Part shown: positions 63,895 to 64,000 of the stretch, in pieces
Position numbering within the stretch: position 1 is the stretch's first letter
Layout of the letters: every line of letters starts with the position of its first letter
DNA from: Octopus vulgaris
Taxonomy: Eukaryota
Reading direction: 5' to 3'
NCBI GenBank assembly: GCA_951406725.2
Contig: OX597816.1
Coordinates: 67,580,001-67,644,000 of the forward strand
Length of the DNA: 64,000 bases
Notes under the pieces: generated by a model
What the model saw: only the letters and a program-made list of their open reading frames with translations
Told to the model about the DNA's origin: nothing
Database searches by the model: none
Program-made: the position numbers and the translations under genes

Positions 63895-64000
63895 CAGATA
63901 TATATATATATATCAGACAGTTAGGTGATACAAAAAAAGAGACAAGACATCCAGATAGACGATACAAAGAAAACAAGGACGGGTCAGTCGGAGTTTTCTT

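Overview
AT-rich, microsatellite-dense animal genomic DNA. The tRNA-derived SINE families resemble those I recall from Octopus (inference, not searched). Only two credible host coding features are visible. One is an intronless 441-aa ORF (8973-10298, +) encoding a divergent EB1/MAPRE-family protein with two tandem CH domains, a degenerate EBH tail and no EEY tail. The other is a 91-nt signal-peptide first exon (45392-45482, +) that is missing from the ORF track and is followed by an apparently long intron. The rest is transposon-derived: dozens of SINEs in four families, fragments of R4/Dong-like, RTE and CR1-group LINEs, mariner/Tc1 relics, hAT and foldback MITEs, Helitron ends and microsatellites. 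Notable non-coding signals are three different minimal hammerhead-ribozyme-like motifs, a 90-bp minisatellite formed from dead RTE coding sequence, a LINE/SINE pair sharing a covarying 3' hairpin, and retroelements embedded in (AAT)n. Nearly all other ORF-track entries are microsatellite or SINE artefacts. Repeat boundaries were set by eye and are approximate unless TSDs are quoted.
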